From Adineta vaga (taxonomy: Eukaryota > Animalia > Rotifera), in the NCBI GenBank assembly GCA_021613535.1, contig CP075493.1:9920001-9984000 (forward strand): a stretch of 64,000 bases of DNA, in the 5' to 3' direction. Under the pieces are notes generated by a model that worked only from the letters and a program-made list of their open reading frames with translations, did not search any database and was not told the origin of the DNA. Positions within the stretch are counted from its first letter, which is position 1; each line of letters starts with the position of its first letter. Position numbers and translations under genes: made by a program. This document shows positions 36,728-48,700 of the stretch, piece after piece.

Positions 36728-38347
36728 ATGTTAAACGATTCATCATTATCAACAATACTATTTCGTATCGAACATTTATTCGATGGACAAACTTCCGCGT
36801 CACAAAAATCGTCAAATTTTTCACCAAATCATCCTATGTCTGAAATGTCTCTTAGTAATGACATTGCCGATGATCTCGATCGATTTCTAACAAATAATGA
36901 ACAACTTTCGGATCGAAGTCATACATCATCACCAACAATTTCTCCATCATCAGTTTCATTAACACAACAAATCTCTTCATCATCGCAATTTGAATTCATA
37001 TTAAATGCATTAACTGCATCATCGGCACGAATTAATGAAGAAACGACAACCTATTTAAATCAAGGTCAACCATATGAAATTAAATTTCTTACAAATAATC
37101 ATTTATTAACAGGAGAAAATCATTCCTCACCAACTATTTATCGTTCTATATTACGTTTGTGTTTTTGGGATAAAAATTTACAAAGTCAAGAACGTGAATT
37201 CATGCAAAAATGGTTAAATGAATATCAATTATCATCCTTATTTGATATCGATATGAATTTAACATATGGAATTTTATCAATCATACGTTCACGACAAGTT
37301 CCAAATGCTGTCGAAATCGTTTGGGATCCATCTGCAACAACATCTTTATTCGTTCGATTTAAATGTACATCAACGGATTTTGCACAGAAACGACATGGTG
37401 GTGAAAAAGGTATACCATTACGCATACAAATTGATACATATCATGAAGATGATGTTCATGCTATAAAACATTTACATTCATGTTGTTGTAAAATTCAATT
37501 ATTTCGTTTGAAAGGTGCACAAAGAAAAAATAAAGCAGATAAAATGAGAATTGAAAAATTAAATCAAGATCAACGTCGACGTTATCAAACAACAATAGAA
37601 TATACAATTTTACAATCATGTCTGGTTTCATCTTTATATACGATGAATCTTTTGAGTTTATCTTATCCACCCGATGATTTATCCGATGTTTATACTCAAT
37701 CATCCACTACAACAGAAAATCTTCTCGTCGAAAAAAAAGATTATGATGATTTACAAAACAAATCGAACAATATTGATAATCACCATCGTAAACTTTTACC
37801 ATCATCATCACCATCATCTGTACCGGATATGAAAGGTATTTTTTCTGAATGGCAAAACGATAAAGTTGATATAATACCGAATATAACTATTCGATCAACT
37901 AATGAAGATGTTTTAAAATGGTTAAATAGTAACAATTTTTCATCTGTTTTAAAGCAATTTCAACATTATACAGGTCTCGATATACTTCGTTTAACTACAA
38001 ATGATATTCGTCGAATATGTAATGAAGAAGATTCGATTAGTATTCGTCTTTATAATCGATTACATGAAACCATTGTTCCACCATTGAAAACTCTTTATAT
38101 TAAAACGACAAATAATGATATCTATTCAGCTATTTATTTACATACATTTACTTGTCGTGAATTAGGTGAAAAACTGTTCGAATTAACTCAACAAGAACCT
38201 TATTATATACTATTAGAATTCAATAAGATACAAATTAAGATTGATAATGATAGTGTTGTTAAATATTCTCTACCGGATCAAGGTCGATTTTTTCTGAAAA
38301 ATTTTTCTTGTGAATTTGTTCTTTGTTTGATAAATACTTCTGTATAA
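36728..38347 (+). CDS. LSF/TFCP2 (CP2/grainyhead family) transcription factor with SAM domain, single exon
   Basis: TTYLNQGQPYEI, CTSTDFAQKRHGGEKGIPLRIQIDTY, HSCCCKIQLFRLKGAQRKNKAD; SAM-like WLNSNNFS..FQHYTGLDILRL..SIRLYNRL. Confidence 0.9.
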   Translation: MLNDSSLSTILFRIEHLFDGQTSASQKSSNFSPNHPMSEMSLSNDIADDLDRFLTNNEQLSDRSHTSSPTISPSSVSLTQQISSSSQFEFILNALTASSARINEETTTYLNQGQPYEIKFLTNNHLLTGENHSSPTIYRSILRLCFWDKNLQSQEREFMQKWLNEYQLSSLFDIDMNLTYGILSIIRSRQVPNAVEIVWDPSATTSLFVRFKCTSTDFAQKRHGGEKGIPLRIQIDTYHEDDVHAIKHLHSCCCKIQLFRLKGAQRKNKADKMRIEKLNQDQRRRYQTTIEYTILQSCLVSSLYTMNLLSLSYPPDDLSDVYTQSSTTTENLLVEKKDYDDLQNKSNNIDNHHRKLLPSSSPSSVPDMKGIFSEWQNDKVDIIPNITIRSTNEDVLKWLNSNNFSSVLKQFQHYTGLDILRLTTNDIRRICNEEDSISIRLYNRLHETIVPPLKTLYIKTTNNDIYSAIYLHTFTCRELGEKLFELTQQEPYYILLEFNKIQIKIDNDSVVKYSLPDQGRFFLKNFSCEFVLCLINTSV

Positions 38348-38515
38348 TACTTTGCTATTCTTTTTTTTCTAGTCAACAACATTTATTCTTTGATTTTTCT
38401 TGTCTGTTTTAGATGTGAAATGTCATTTTATTAGAAAAAAAAAGATTAGATGTATATGAAAATCATTCATTAATTTTAAAAAAAACACATATGTTATTTG
38501 ATCACAAATGGAATA

Positions 38516-39857
38516 TCAAAGATCTTCTTCGAATATCACACGTCTAGAAAAATTAAAAATATAGTTCATTTTCTTTTTATGAAAATTTCAATAAATATTC
38601 TTACTTCAATGCAGGTATCAATTTCGGTGCTTGATATATAAGTGAATGTCCGTATCCCTCACCATGAAATGATATCATATCAATAGTAAAATGAAGTAAT
38701 TTCTTCTTCTGTCGATGATCTTCGCGAGCAGCTAAAGCAGCTTGTAATAATTGTTGACCATGGTTGTACGGTACAGTATAATCATCATCGGCATGTAAAA
38801 TAACACATGGACAATTGAGACTTGCTAAATGTCCACGTGTTTGAAATCCAAGTTTAGTTGTTTGTAGAGCTTGTCCTGTTAAGCTGGAAAACCATGGGTG
38901 CCAACTAAATAATAACGAAACATAATGTGTGCGTATTGCTTCATGAATATTAATGAATGCAGCTTCGAGAACAATTCCAGCAAGTGTTTTACTTTCATCA
39001 TCGGATAATCTTGCAGCTAATTGACAAGCAACTGCTGAGCCAAGTGATTGACCCCATATGTAGATTTTTCGTTCGCCATTTGTCATATTATGTAACCAAT
39101 CATAAACATATCGAGCATCTTGAATTAGACCTTCTTCTGTTGGATCACCAGTTGAATCACCAAAACCACGATAATCAAAAGTAAATACATCGTATTTTAA
39201 TTCGTCACGTAATTTTTTACACATTCCACGACGATTAAATAAGGAACTAAAAAATTTCAATTGAAAGATTTCAGACAAATATAGTCATTTAATCATACCG
39301 ATCAAATGCATTGCCATGAAAATAGATTATCATCGGAATCGATGATGATGTTGATGCAATATGTTTTTGAAAATAATCGTCATCATCAATGTAAGATTGA
39401 TCTGAACTGATGAAGAACGATAATGCCTGAAGAAGTACATATATATTTTTTAATGCTAATATGAAACGTAATTACCTACCAGACACCAATACGAACATTA
39501 GGTTCAACGTTTGAATAGAAATTAAATACTCGATTAGCACCAAATGTTTCCGGTTGAGTAAAATTATTTCCTGTTTTGACTAGATTTCGTAAAATAGATC
39601 ATAGATGTATTCATAGATATATAAATCATCTTACAGATATTCATAAAAACAATATGTTTTATAATTGTTGGATAAACAAGCAGCAGAATTGGTAAGGTTA
39701 ACGAAATGAAAACATATATAGTACTGATGATTACACTTAATTTCGTCAAAATTCGTCTATTTGAAAGATTGAAAAAAAACAAACATCATAATAGAAATAT
39801 TCGGAAATCTATTTACATTGGTTTTGGCCATGGACGAGATGAATCTACATCAGACAT
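38516..39857 (-). CDS. ABHD12-like alpha/beta hydrolase (paralog A)
   Basis: N-terminal TM, IYFHGNA, FDYRGFGDS, WGQSLGS nucleophile elbow, LEAAF, LHADDD, GYGH. ATG 39857, stop 38516-38518. Confidence 0.88.
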
Positions 39858-39982
39858 ATCTATCTACAAAGAAGATTTTTGTTAATTTCATTAGCATTGG
39901 CAAACATTCAATTATAATTTATTTCTACAAAAAAAGAGAGCTTATATGACACATATAGATCAGAATCGTTCGTTTCTATCTT

Positions 39983-41541
39983 TTAAGAGACTGGTAAACG
40001 TTTGAGAAATGCAAAATCACTGACTAATTCTTGAAATTTTGAATATGAATAAATATGATTATGTCCACAACTTGCTGAACGTGGAACAGTTATCAGACGA
40101 ACAGAAGGTAGATTAGGATCACGATGAGTTTGTACATATTTTTCGATCTAAATAGAGAAAGAAGAAAAATGAATAGAGATGAGAATAATCATCGATTGAT
40201 CATACTAATTGAGCATGATGATATGGGATAATAGCATCATCTTCTGAATGAAAAATTACAATTGGTAAGGGAAGAAAGGAAATTCTAGAAGAGAAATAGA
40301 AAAGAGATCAATGACAGATATGATAATGTCAATCATACATTTCATTATTGGGAAAATCAAGTTTTACTATTGTTAAAGAATCCAATGCAGCTTTCATAAA
40401 ATATGGATTAACTTTCAATACCTAAAAGAGACAGGTTATACTTGTTTTCATAGAAAAACAAACTATGAATTTACTCGAGTTAATGGATAAGAAGCAAGTG
40501 CTTCCATTGTATTGAAAAAAGGTGCTTCAAGTACCAGACCAGCTGGTTTCTCGACTTCTATATAATTCAAAAGAAAATCGATGCAAATAAAACGTCATTG
40601 TCTGTAGAAAAAAGAACTTGCATACCATTATGATTTTGAAATAGATGATTCATTGTCCATAGAGCAACACCCGTTCCCATTGAATGACCCCATATTGTTA
40701 TAGGATTTCCGGGACAAACACTCCGTATTGTATTGTATACATGTAATACATCCGTTACAATACCATGTATAGTTGGTGTACCGGTTGAATCACCATATCC
40801 ACGATAATCAACAGCAATGATATGATTACCAAAAGCACTCATAACTCTATAATGGTTCGATCGATAATGTGTTGCTCTAAAAACCATTCATTAAAATTTC
40901 TTTCTTCGATATCGAACTTTAATGTCGATTTACCTTGTACCATCTTGACCATGTAAATACATAATGATAGGATGATTATTGGATGGTATATATTGTTTCA
41001 AATGATCAGCAAGTGTAGATAAATTAGGATCAATTTGTACGGCGGATGGTACAACATACCTATATAATGAAAACATTTTGTGTAGAATCAATGTTTTACA
41101 AAGTTCGTATAAGAGATTTTCGAACTACGTTTGATGAAATAACACTATTAGTTAATCTTACCAGATTCCGACCGTTACATTGGGTTCAACTTGTTCATAA
41201 ACATTGACAGCATTCAATTTGAAAGCACTTGGTTTCGTTAAATCAATCCATGGATAATATCGAGCTATAGAAAACAACGTGAAGTCTTTGAAATCAAATG
41301 AAAAATTCCAAAGACAAAATATTTACACCAAGTTTGAAAAAACATTTTTTTCAGAATAACATCTCCATAGGAACGAAGTAATACTGGTCCTAATATAATC
41401 AATGATGTTATAATCAAAACGACGCCAAGAAACCATCTTATTAAACTAAAATATGGCATTTAATACATTTACATTTCTAGAAATGATTTCTTACATTTTT
41501 TTCAAAAACGAAAATTTCGTCGAATGTCCTTCTGCACTCAT
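39983..41541 (-). CDS. ABHD12-like alpha/beta hydrolase (paralog B)
   Basis: First exon MSAEGHSTKFSFLKK (ATG 41541) spliced via a 49-nt intron to ILIRWFLG (TM). YLHGQDG, DYRGYGDS, WGHSMGTG, LEAPF, FHSEDD, CGHNH. Confidence 0.85.
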
Positions 41542-41663
41542 CGATCTACAAAGAAAAGAGATTTATTAATAGACTAAAATTGACCTCAAATCATCAATTA
41601 TTTTATAAATGCGCTAAAATAATGTTTGTTTTTGTTTTCTCAAATATAAAAAAAAAGATCTTT

Positions 41664-42859
41664 CTATATCATTTTAAGTATAAAATTCGGTATATCAAAA
41701 CTATGATCATCACAGATAACAAGATCAAAAATATTCTTATAAACTTCTAATTTTGTTGGTGTACTTCGATTTAAATAGCCTATTTTAAGTATGTGTTTCA
41801 GATTCTTCATTCCACCAATCATTCCAACATCACCAAGAGTATCACCAAGAACGATTACATTTGGACGATTCAAAATTGATTGATAATATGGACTATCATG
41901 AATTTCATGTTCATTTTTATTAAATGAATGAATTACTTTTTCACTGAATGATACGGGTTTCCCATCGGAATCGTATCGAATGAAATTCGAAACTATATGT
42001 GCTGAGGCATGATTACGTTCAAACTCTGGAATTTCTTTTTCAAGAAAAATTTTGATCACATCACCTAAAATAGAATTAATATTCTATGAAGACTTCAAAT
42101 GGAAAGGCAAATAGCTACCTAAACCAGCAGACAAAATTAAAATCGGTGTACGACTTTGTAATAATTCAGTGATAAATTCACGAACACCTGTTCTTAATTG
42201 AAGCGTCGATTCATGAACTAATTGACGGATCATTGATTTATTGAGATTCGATGAGAGAATAAGAGATTGAGCTTTACGCCACCAGTCGATCATATGTGGA
42301 ATTTTTTCTTCGACTGGTAAATGAACATCATGCTCAATAAGGATATATTTTGAGCGTAATTGATTAGCTTGATCTCGAAGTAATGTACCATCAGGTAACT
42401 AAATGAAATGAATAGAAAAGTTTTGAAATACTTCGACTATTCTGTCTTTCGTTGTTATTATTATTGGTTTATTTGAATAGGATCAGTATTGTCAACTACA
42501 AATATTTACTATTGAAAAATTAATTTTATTTGTAATGTTTGCCCTAAGTATCTAATGTTGCATATACTTTCAGTTTTAACAACGATCGATTTTAGTCTAT
42601 TAAAAACTTATTCTCGAATGATTATTGATAGAAATCTTACTAAAACGTGTTCATTGCTTTCGACGACAGCAAATGTTGTTGGTGCAGGATTACCATTAAC
42701 TTCGTAGGTTGATAATGTATAATCAAAATCAGCTACAATATGTAACTTTTTTCGTCCATCATTGATTAATGATTGAATAACTTCTTCCACATGTGTTCGT
42801 TTATCATCCTGGATATGAACGTTTGAATAGGTTTGAAGAAGTTTTTCTATGCAACTCAT
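41664..42859 (-). CDS. NT5C3: Cytosolic 5'-nucleotidase III (pyrimidine 5'-nucleotidase, HAD family)
   Basis: HIVADFDYTL (DxDxT), KIPHMIDWW, ILSAGLGDVI, IVSNF, IHSFNKN, NVIVLGDTLGDVGM, LKIGYLN. Confidence 0.92.
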
Positions 42860-42962
42860 GCTTATCTAAAAATTATTAAGAAAAGAAAAATTATTACTCA
42901 TTTTCATTTCACAAAGAAAAAAATATTATTTCAAAAAAACAAAATCATAGCACCGGAATGGA

Positions 42963-45081
42963 TTATAGAGCTGTAGTAGTTATATTATCATCATTCTTAT
43001 TATCACGATTCTTCTTCATTTGATTCGTCAGTATCTTTAATGCTAATACAGATGTTAATAATGCACGATAAGTTTCATATAATTTCACTCGAGTAAGATT
43101 TTCATCTTTGTATAATTTTGTCATCATTGCATTGTATGATTCAAGTTCATACAAACTACACAAATGCCATTGAGGAAGAATATCATTAGGCAATGATGCT
43201 GTTTGAGAATATGTTACTAAAAATGATGGAATACGACGTGATAAAATTGGATTTGGAGGTACTATTGGTGTTTTAACCAATTCTCGATTACTAAAATACA
43301 ATTAGAGAATGCATTTATTGATGGGTAAGAAATGAGAGATATTTTGCTTGCCGTTGAATACGTTTTTGTAGAAATAATTTCTGTTCGTGTTTATCGATTT
43401 CATAGGAATCACTACTGGTTTCTTCTTCTTCTTTGACAGTGTCAGTTTTATTTAGGTGTGATGTTACACGACGATGTGTTTTTTCTGCAGCTCGACCTGC
43501 TTCTTCGACGCTTTTTCTAATACAAGAGAAACAAAATCAATTTTCTCTGTATTTAAAACTTCTGTATTCTCACTTGACCGGATCACTAAACGCTTTTCGT
43601 TTCTGTCGTTGACGTCGATTTTTTTCTCCTTCTTTTCCATAAAGTAGACGAGAAAACTCTCGATCAAAACCAGCTTGTGGTGGATTCGTTGGAGAATAAT
43701 TTGGACGAGTCATTGCTGATAATGCTGAATGTGAACGTTCGATATTGGTTTTCAATTCATAACGTGGAGCTGGAAGTCGAGTAGATGTATTTGCGACAAG
43801 CATTGGATTTCCTGGTGATAAATGTTGGGTTATTTGTGGTCCAGTATGCACATGTTCACGTGTTAATGATGATGATGTAGGAAGACGAATTAAATGTTGA
43901 GCTATTTTATTCGCTAATAAAACAAGAAAGGAATTAGTTTCTTTTGGTTCATAAAGAAAAGATGAAACACACCTGATGAAGGTGGTCGATGACCACTGGT
44001 TACAGACGATGAATAAGATGGAGGTGGTGGTCGATTTCGATTCTGTTCATTCAAAAGAATTGGAGCAATTATAGGGTGATTCGGTTGAGATAGAGGAGGA
44101 GTCCATCCTAATGTTGATGGAGGAAAATTCAAACTCGAATTATTACTTGAATAAGAAGGTGGTTGTGATAATGATGATGATGATGATGTGTGTGATTCAA
44201 TTGTTGTTGGTATTTTAAGTTTAGAATAATAAGTAGCAAGTATCTCATCAACTGTTAATCGTGATTTGGGTTGCTCAACATGTTGTTGTTGTCTTTCATT
44301 ATTTTCGTTGATTCGTGGAACAACGTTATGTTGCTCCAATAACTGTTCTAACGAAGATGAATAATGCATTCGTATTGGATTAATCGGTGTTGATAAGAGA
44401 TCAACATGAGGATCTGTTTGAGAAGATATTGGTACGTTCGAACGATACGAATGTTTATGTGATGGACTGACAGATGCAGAATCAGTAGGTGAACGAATAA
44501 GCGAGATATTCGTAGGTGGAACTTCGTCGACAACAGCAGCTGCAGAAGAAGGTGGTGGTGGTACAGATAAAATTGTTGCTTGACGTAATTGACCGAATGT
44601 AATGGGTTGAGATCTCGATTCAATACTGGAAGTTGGCGTTTTCAATGGTGAAACTGGTTCACCAACTCCTCCTCGTCCTCTCAATGACTCAAGCATTGTT
44701 ACAATTCGTCGTTGAATTACTCTTGATTGACCATGTGATGAATCAGGAAGTGCATTTTCTGTCAAAGGTGATAATATTGGCTCATCTGAAGATAGTTTCA
44801 CATTATTTTGAGTCACTTCATTTTCGTTGTTAACTGTGGATGATGACGCAAGTAATTCGACCATTCTCGAATTGAATCGTGTACTATTTACTCCTGGATG
44901 AAGAACTAGAAGATACCGAGATTTATATTATATTTGTTTCTAATTTAATGCGTATTCAACATTTCTTCTACACAACTCTATACTTTAATTACAAACCTGA
45001 TGCTGTTGATGGATCATCTCGTGGAATGAATTTACCAGGAGTATTACTCTGAAATGTTACTTGTTTCTTTTTCGACATCAT
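42963..45081 (-). CDS. Salvador (SAV1)-like scaffold with C-terminal SARAH domain and no visible WW domains
   Basis: N-terminus MMSKKK..PGKFIPRD resembles SAV1 MLSRKK..GKYVKKE. C-terminus PNPILSRRIPSFLVTYSQ..ILPQWHLCSLYELESYNAMMTKLYKDENLTRVKLYETYRALL resembles the SAV1 SARAH region. The middle is S/P-rich. 5 exons. Confidence 0.65.
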
Positions 45082-45162
45082 ATATTATCTAGAATACATA
45101 AATATATACGTTTCATTCTTTAAATTTATTTCATTTTAATTATATAGAGAAAAACAAGATTT

Positions 45163-45579
45163 TTAATCTTTAATTGCATATGTTCGTTTAGGGAAAGCAA
45201 AATTTTTTCGTTGAGCTTTTGTTAAACGATTCGATTCTTCTTTCGACGTCAATTCACGTCGTTTTGCTCGTGTTTGTTTAGGTCTTAAATCTTTTGGTTT
45301 ATATTTTTCTCCTTGATAAAAACTTCTTAAATTATCTTTTCTTGTTTGATTTTGAACAATATGTACATGAACAATTGATTTTTGAACTTGACCAATTTTA
45401 TCCACATTTTTACTACCAGTTTTCAAACTAGCTAATTCTTCTTGCAGATTATTCAATTGTTCTTCGAGTTCATCTGACAATACATCAAAGAGTATATATA
45501 TAAATAAAAACTAGGAATATAATATGAAATATGTACCTGGTTTTTTCGATCGAATATCGGAGCATCGGAGTTGAGCCAT
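45163..45579 (-). CDS. RPL35: 60S ribosomal protein L35 (uL29)-like, divergent; 2 exons
   Basis: MAQLRCSDIRSKKP|DELEEQL..KSI..V..NQTRKDNLRSFYQGEKYKPKDLRPKQTRAKRRELT..FPKRTYAIK matches eukaryotic uL29. Confidence 0.85.
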
Positions 45580-45765
45580 ATCATGTCATCATTGAAGGAA
45601 GGTTTGAAGTATAAACTAAATAACAGAAGAAAAAAAAATGAATCATCTATCTCGTCACAATAGAGGGCAGTAGAAGAACAAGTTAAATTGCGAGTGGTTA
45701 ATTCATTGGATAAAACAAAACAAACATTATTTGATATTGAAATCAAAAGTCGATCAAGACAAAAT
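45580..45765. promoter_or_regulatory. Bidirectional promoter between RPL35-like and XPO4
   Basis: Only 186 bp separate the divergent ATGs (45579 minus, 45766 plus). Contains a GC-richer core CTCGTCACAATAGAGGGCAGTAG...TTGCGAGTGG. Confidence 0.7.
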
Positions 45766-48700
45766 ATGGATATGGAAAATGTTCGTCAAGTACTTGAAGA
45801 TGCTGCTCAAACATTCTTATCTGCTGCAAATACAATTACAAATGAACGACGTCGAGAAGCTGAAAAAGTCAGTGAAAACAAATTCTTCTTTCATTTTCGA
45901 AATTCTTTTTTTTTCTCATAGGTTTTTTTGCAATTTCGTCGTTCACAATTTTCATTAGATTTATATCGATATCTAATTGAACATTCATCTTCAAGTTATG
46001 TTGTTTATCAAACTTTAACTGCACTTCGCGAAGGCATTGTTAAAGAATGGTCATCATTAGATGATACGTTGAAAGAACAAGTTGTTCAGTATCTTCTTTC
46101 CTATGTTTATACTCATTATTCAACATTATCAGTACATGTACGAGAACAAGCATTACAAATTCTTGTCGTTATTAATAAACGACGTAAAGCTCAACGAGTT
46201 CAAATAGCAAAAGATGGTTTTACAATTAGTTTAGCATTGAATAATCTTCTACAATCAAATAATGATAGTGAATTTCAATTTGGTTTGATGTTACTCAATG
46301 CTTTCATTAATGAATACAGTTTTAGTAATGGTAAACGAGTTTGAAATGTTTTTTTTTTCATTTCTCACTGAATGTCATTTTCTTTTTGCAGCAAATGAAG
46401 CTGGTTTAACACTCGAACAACGTCATTCTGTTAAACGTGATTTTGAAGCAAATGAATTAAAAAGTGTTTTTGAATTATTATTGAATAAACTTCAAAATAA
46501 TCTTGGATCACTTTCATCCAATACTCATCTATTTTCATCAATATCATCATCAATTGAAAAAATTCTTCTCTGGAATTTTTCATCATCATTACCAAATATT
46601 CGTCGAAGTATGGAATCATCAACAAATGTCGAATCGATTGACTGGAAACCACCAAATAGTTGGAAAGAATTAATATTCGATCAAAAACTTGTCGAATTTT
46701 TCTTTCATATTTATAGTACATTAAAATCCTGTGTATGATATTGATTTCTTCCTCTCATCATTATTCCGTACTCTTTTTGTTGTTGTTGTTGTTTAGAATG
46801 AAACAAAAGTTTTCCTACAACTTCGTTGTCAGATACTTCGGTAAGTTTTAACAAAATCTAAAACAATTCAATAAAAAGAAGTTCAATATTTAGATGTCTT
46901 TCACAATTGGCATGTTTAAATGGTCCATTGATAAGTGATGAAGAATGTCGTTTACGTTATTTAACAACATTTTCATATTATTTTGTTCAAACCTTTCTAA
47001 CCAATTCGGTATTAACAATAAATTTAACTGAATGTTTTGATCTTTCAAATATTCTATCAAATTTAATTACATCATTTACTGTCAAAGGTTTTTGTTCGAT
47101 GCATAATGATCTATGTAATTCATTCTTACAATTAATGGCTCAAATAACTATTCTTCTTTGTCGAACATCTGTCACATCATCAAATAATCAATTAGATAAG
47201 ATTATAGAAGATCCAACAATTGCCAAAGAAACATTTGATCGATTATTACAAGCATGGTCTAGATTGCTATATGGAATTGATTTTGGTCGATTTGCAAATT
47301 TACGACCATTAGCGATTGAAGTTTTTGATACATATCTTCAAACACATTTACATACGGATGAAAAACAAGATGATAAGGAATTAGACTTTGATGATGATAA
47401 TGATGAAGATGATCGGGATTTATTCAGGTAAGAATATAGAAATACATTCTTCCACTACTATTTTATATCTTTATCTTCATGAATTTTAGTGAACAATTAA
47501 TATGCATTGGTCTCTTTGGTCGTCATATCATTGATCATGCATTACCATTATTAAATCGTCTATTAATCGATCGAACAAAAACTTTATATCAAATTATGAA
47601 TAGTACACCATCGAATATCAATAATAATAAATTAGATCGAATCAATGATGATTTACATTGGTTATTATTAATATGTGGTCATGTTATTACTGAAGAATAT
47701 GATGCCGATGAACAAAAAACAATACCAGATGCAATTATGAATTTTTCAAGTGAACAAGTGAAACATTGTGATTTGAAAAAATGTGTTCAAATTTCTCAAC
47801 ATATTCTTCAACAACCACAATTAGATTTAACTGACGAAACAATTCATGGTGTTAGTCCTTTGACACAATGGTAAGATTTTTGAAATCAATGAACATCTTT
47901 TATTAATTCGTTTTTTTAGTATGGTTATTGTTTTGAAATTATCAGAAATTGAACGACTTCTGTGCAATAAAGGTCTTTTTGAATATATAAGTGTACAAGT
48001 TGCTATCAGTTTGACATGGTTTATTCGACGATTAGCAGCGAATTATTTAGGTTTTGATGAACAATCATATAAAGAAGGTAAATCTCGATGAAAGTGAATA
48101 TCATTTGATTTCATTTGATTTTCATCTTTGTAGTTAGTCAGATTTTAGCAATCATGCTTGGTAAAGGAAGTGAAATGTTAGAATTCCTAACAAATTATTT
48201 TCTTTCAAAAGTTGTTACTAATCTACAAATGTGGGCATCCGAAAGTGATGTGATTAAAGAAACAGGTATTTCAATAGCAAACTAATCATTGATTTCTATT
48301 CCAACCTATGTCTTTCTTTTCTAGCCGATCTATTTGTTACTTTATCAATAAAAAAAGAATCATCCTTAATTCTGATTAAAAATGAATTGTTCTGGACATT
48401 AGCTAATAATGTTATATCAAATCAAATGCCTATACAATTAATCAATGAAGAATATAAACGTTTACTAGTCAAAGGTATAACATGTTCTTGTTTGAATAAT
48501 TCATCCGATGAATATCGTTTACATTTTGATCAATCTATCTTTCAAATACTTAATCAACGTTTAAAATCTATTGTGGAATCCATTCAAACGTTACTTGAAC
48601 AAATTAAATTGAATAATAATAATAAAATTCATTGTACTAATGCATTACAAACATTCTATACCGAAAATGTTTTAAATCAAATAAGTACATTGATTAATTC

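Noticed and set aside
41265-41459. ATG 41459 (MPYFS) as start of ABHD12-B
   Set aside because: It lies inside a 49-nt GT-AG intron; the upstream exon from ATG 41541 splices in frame.
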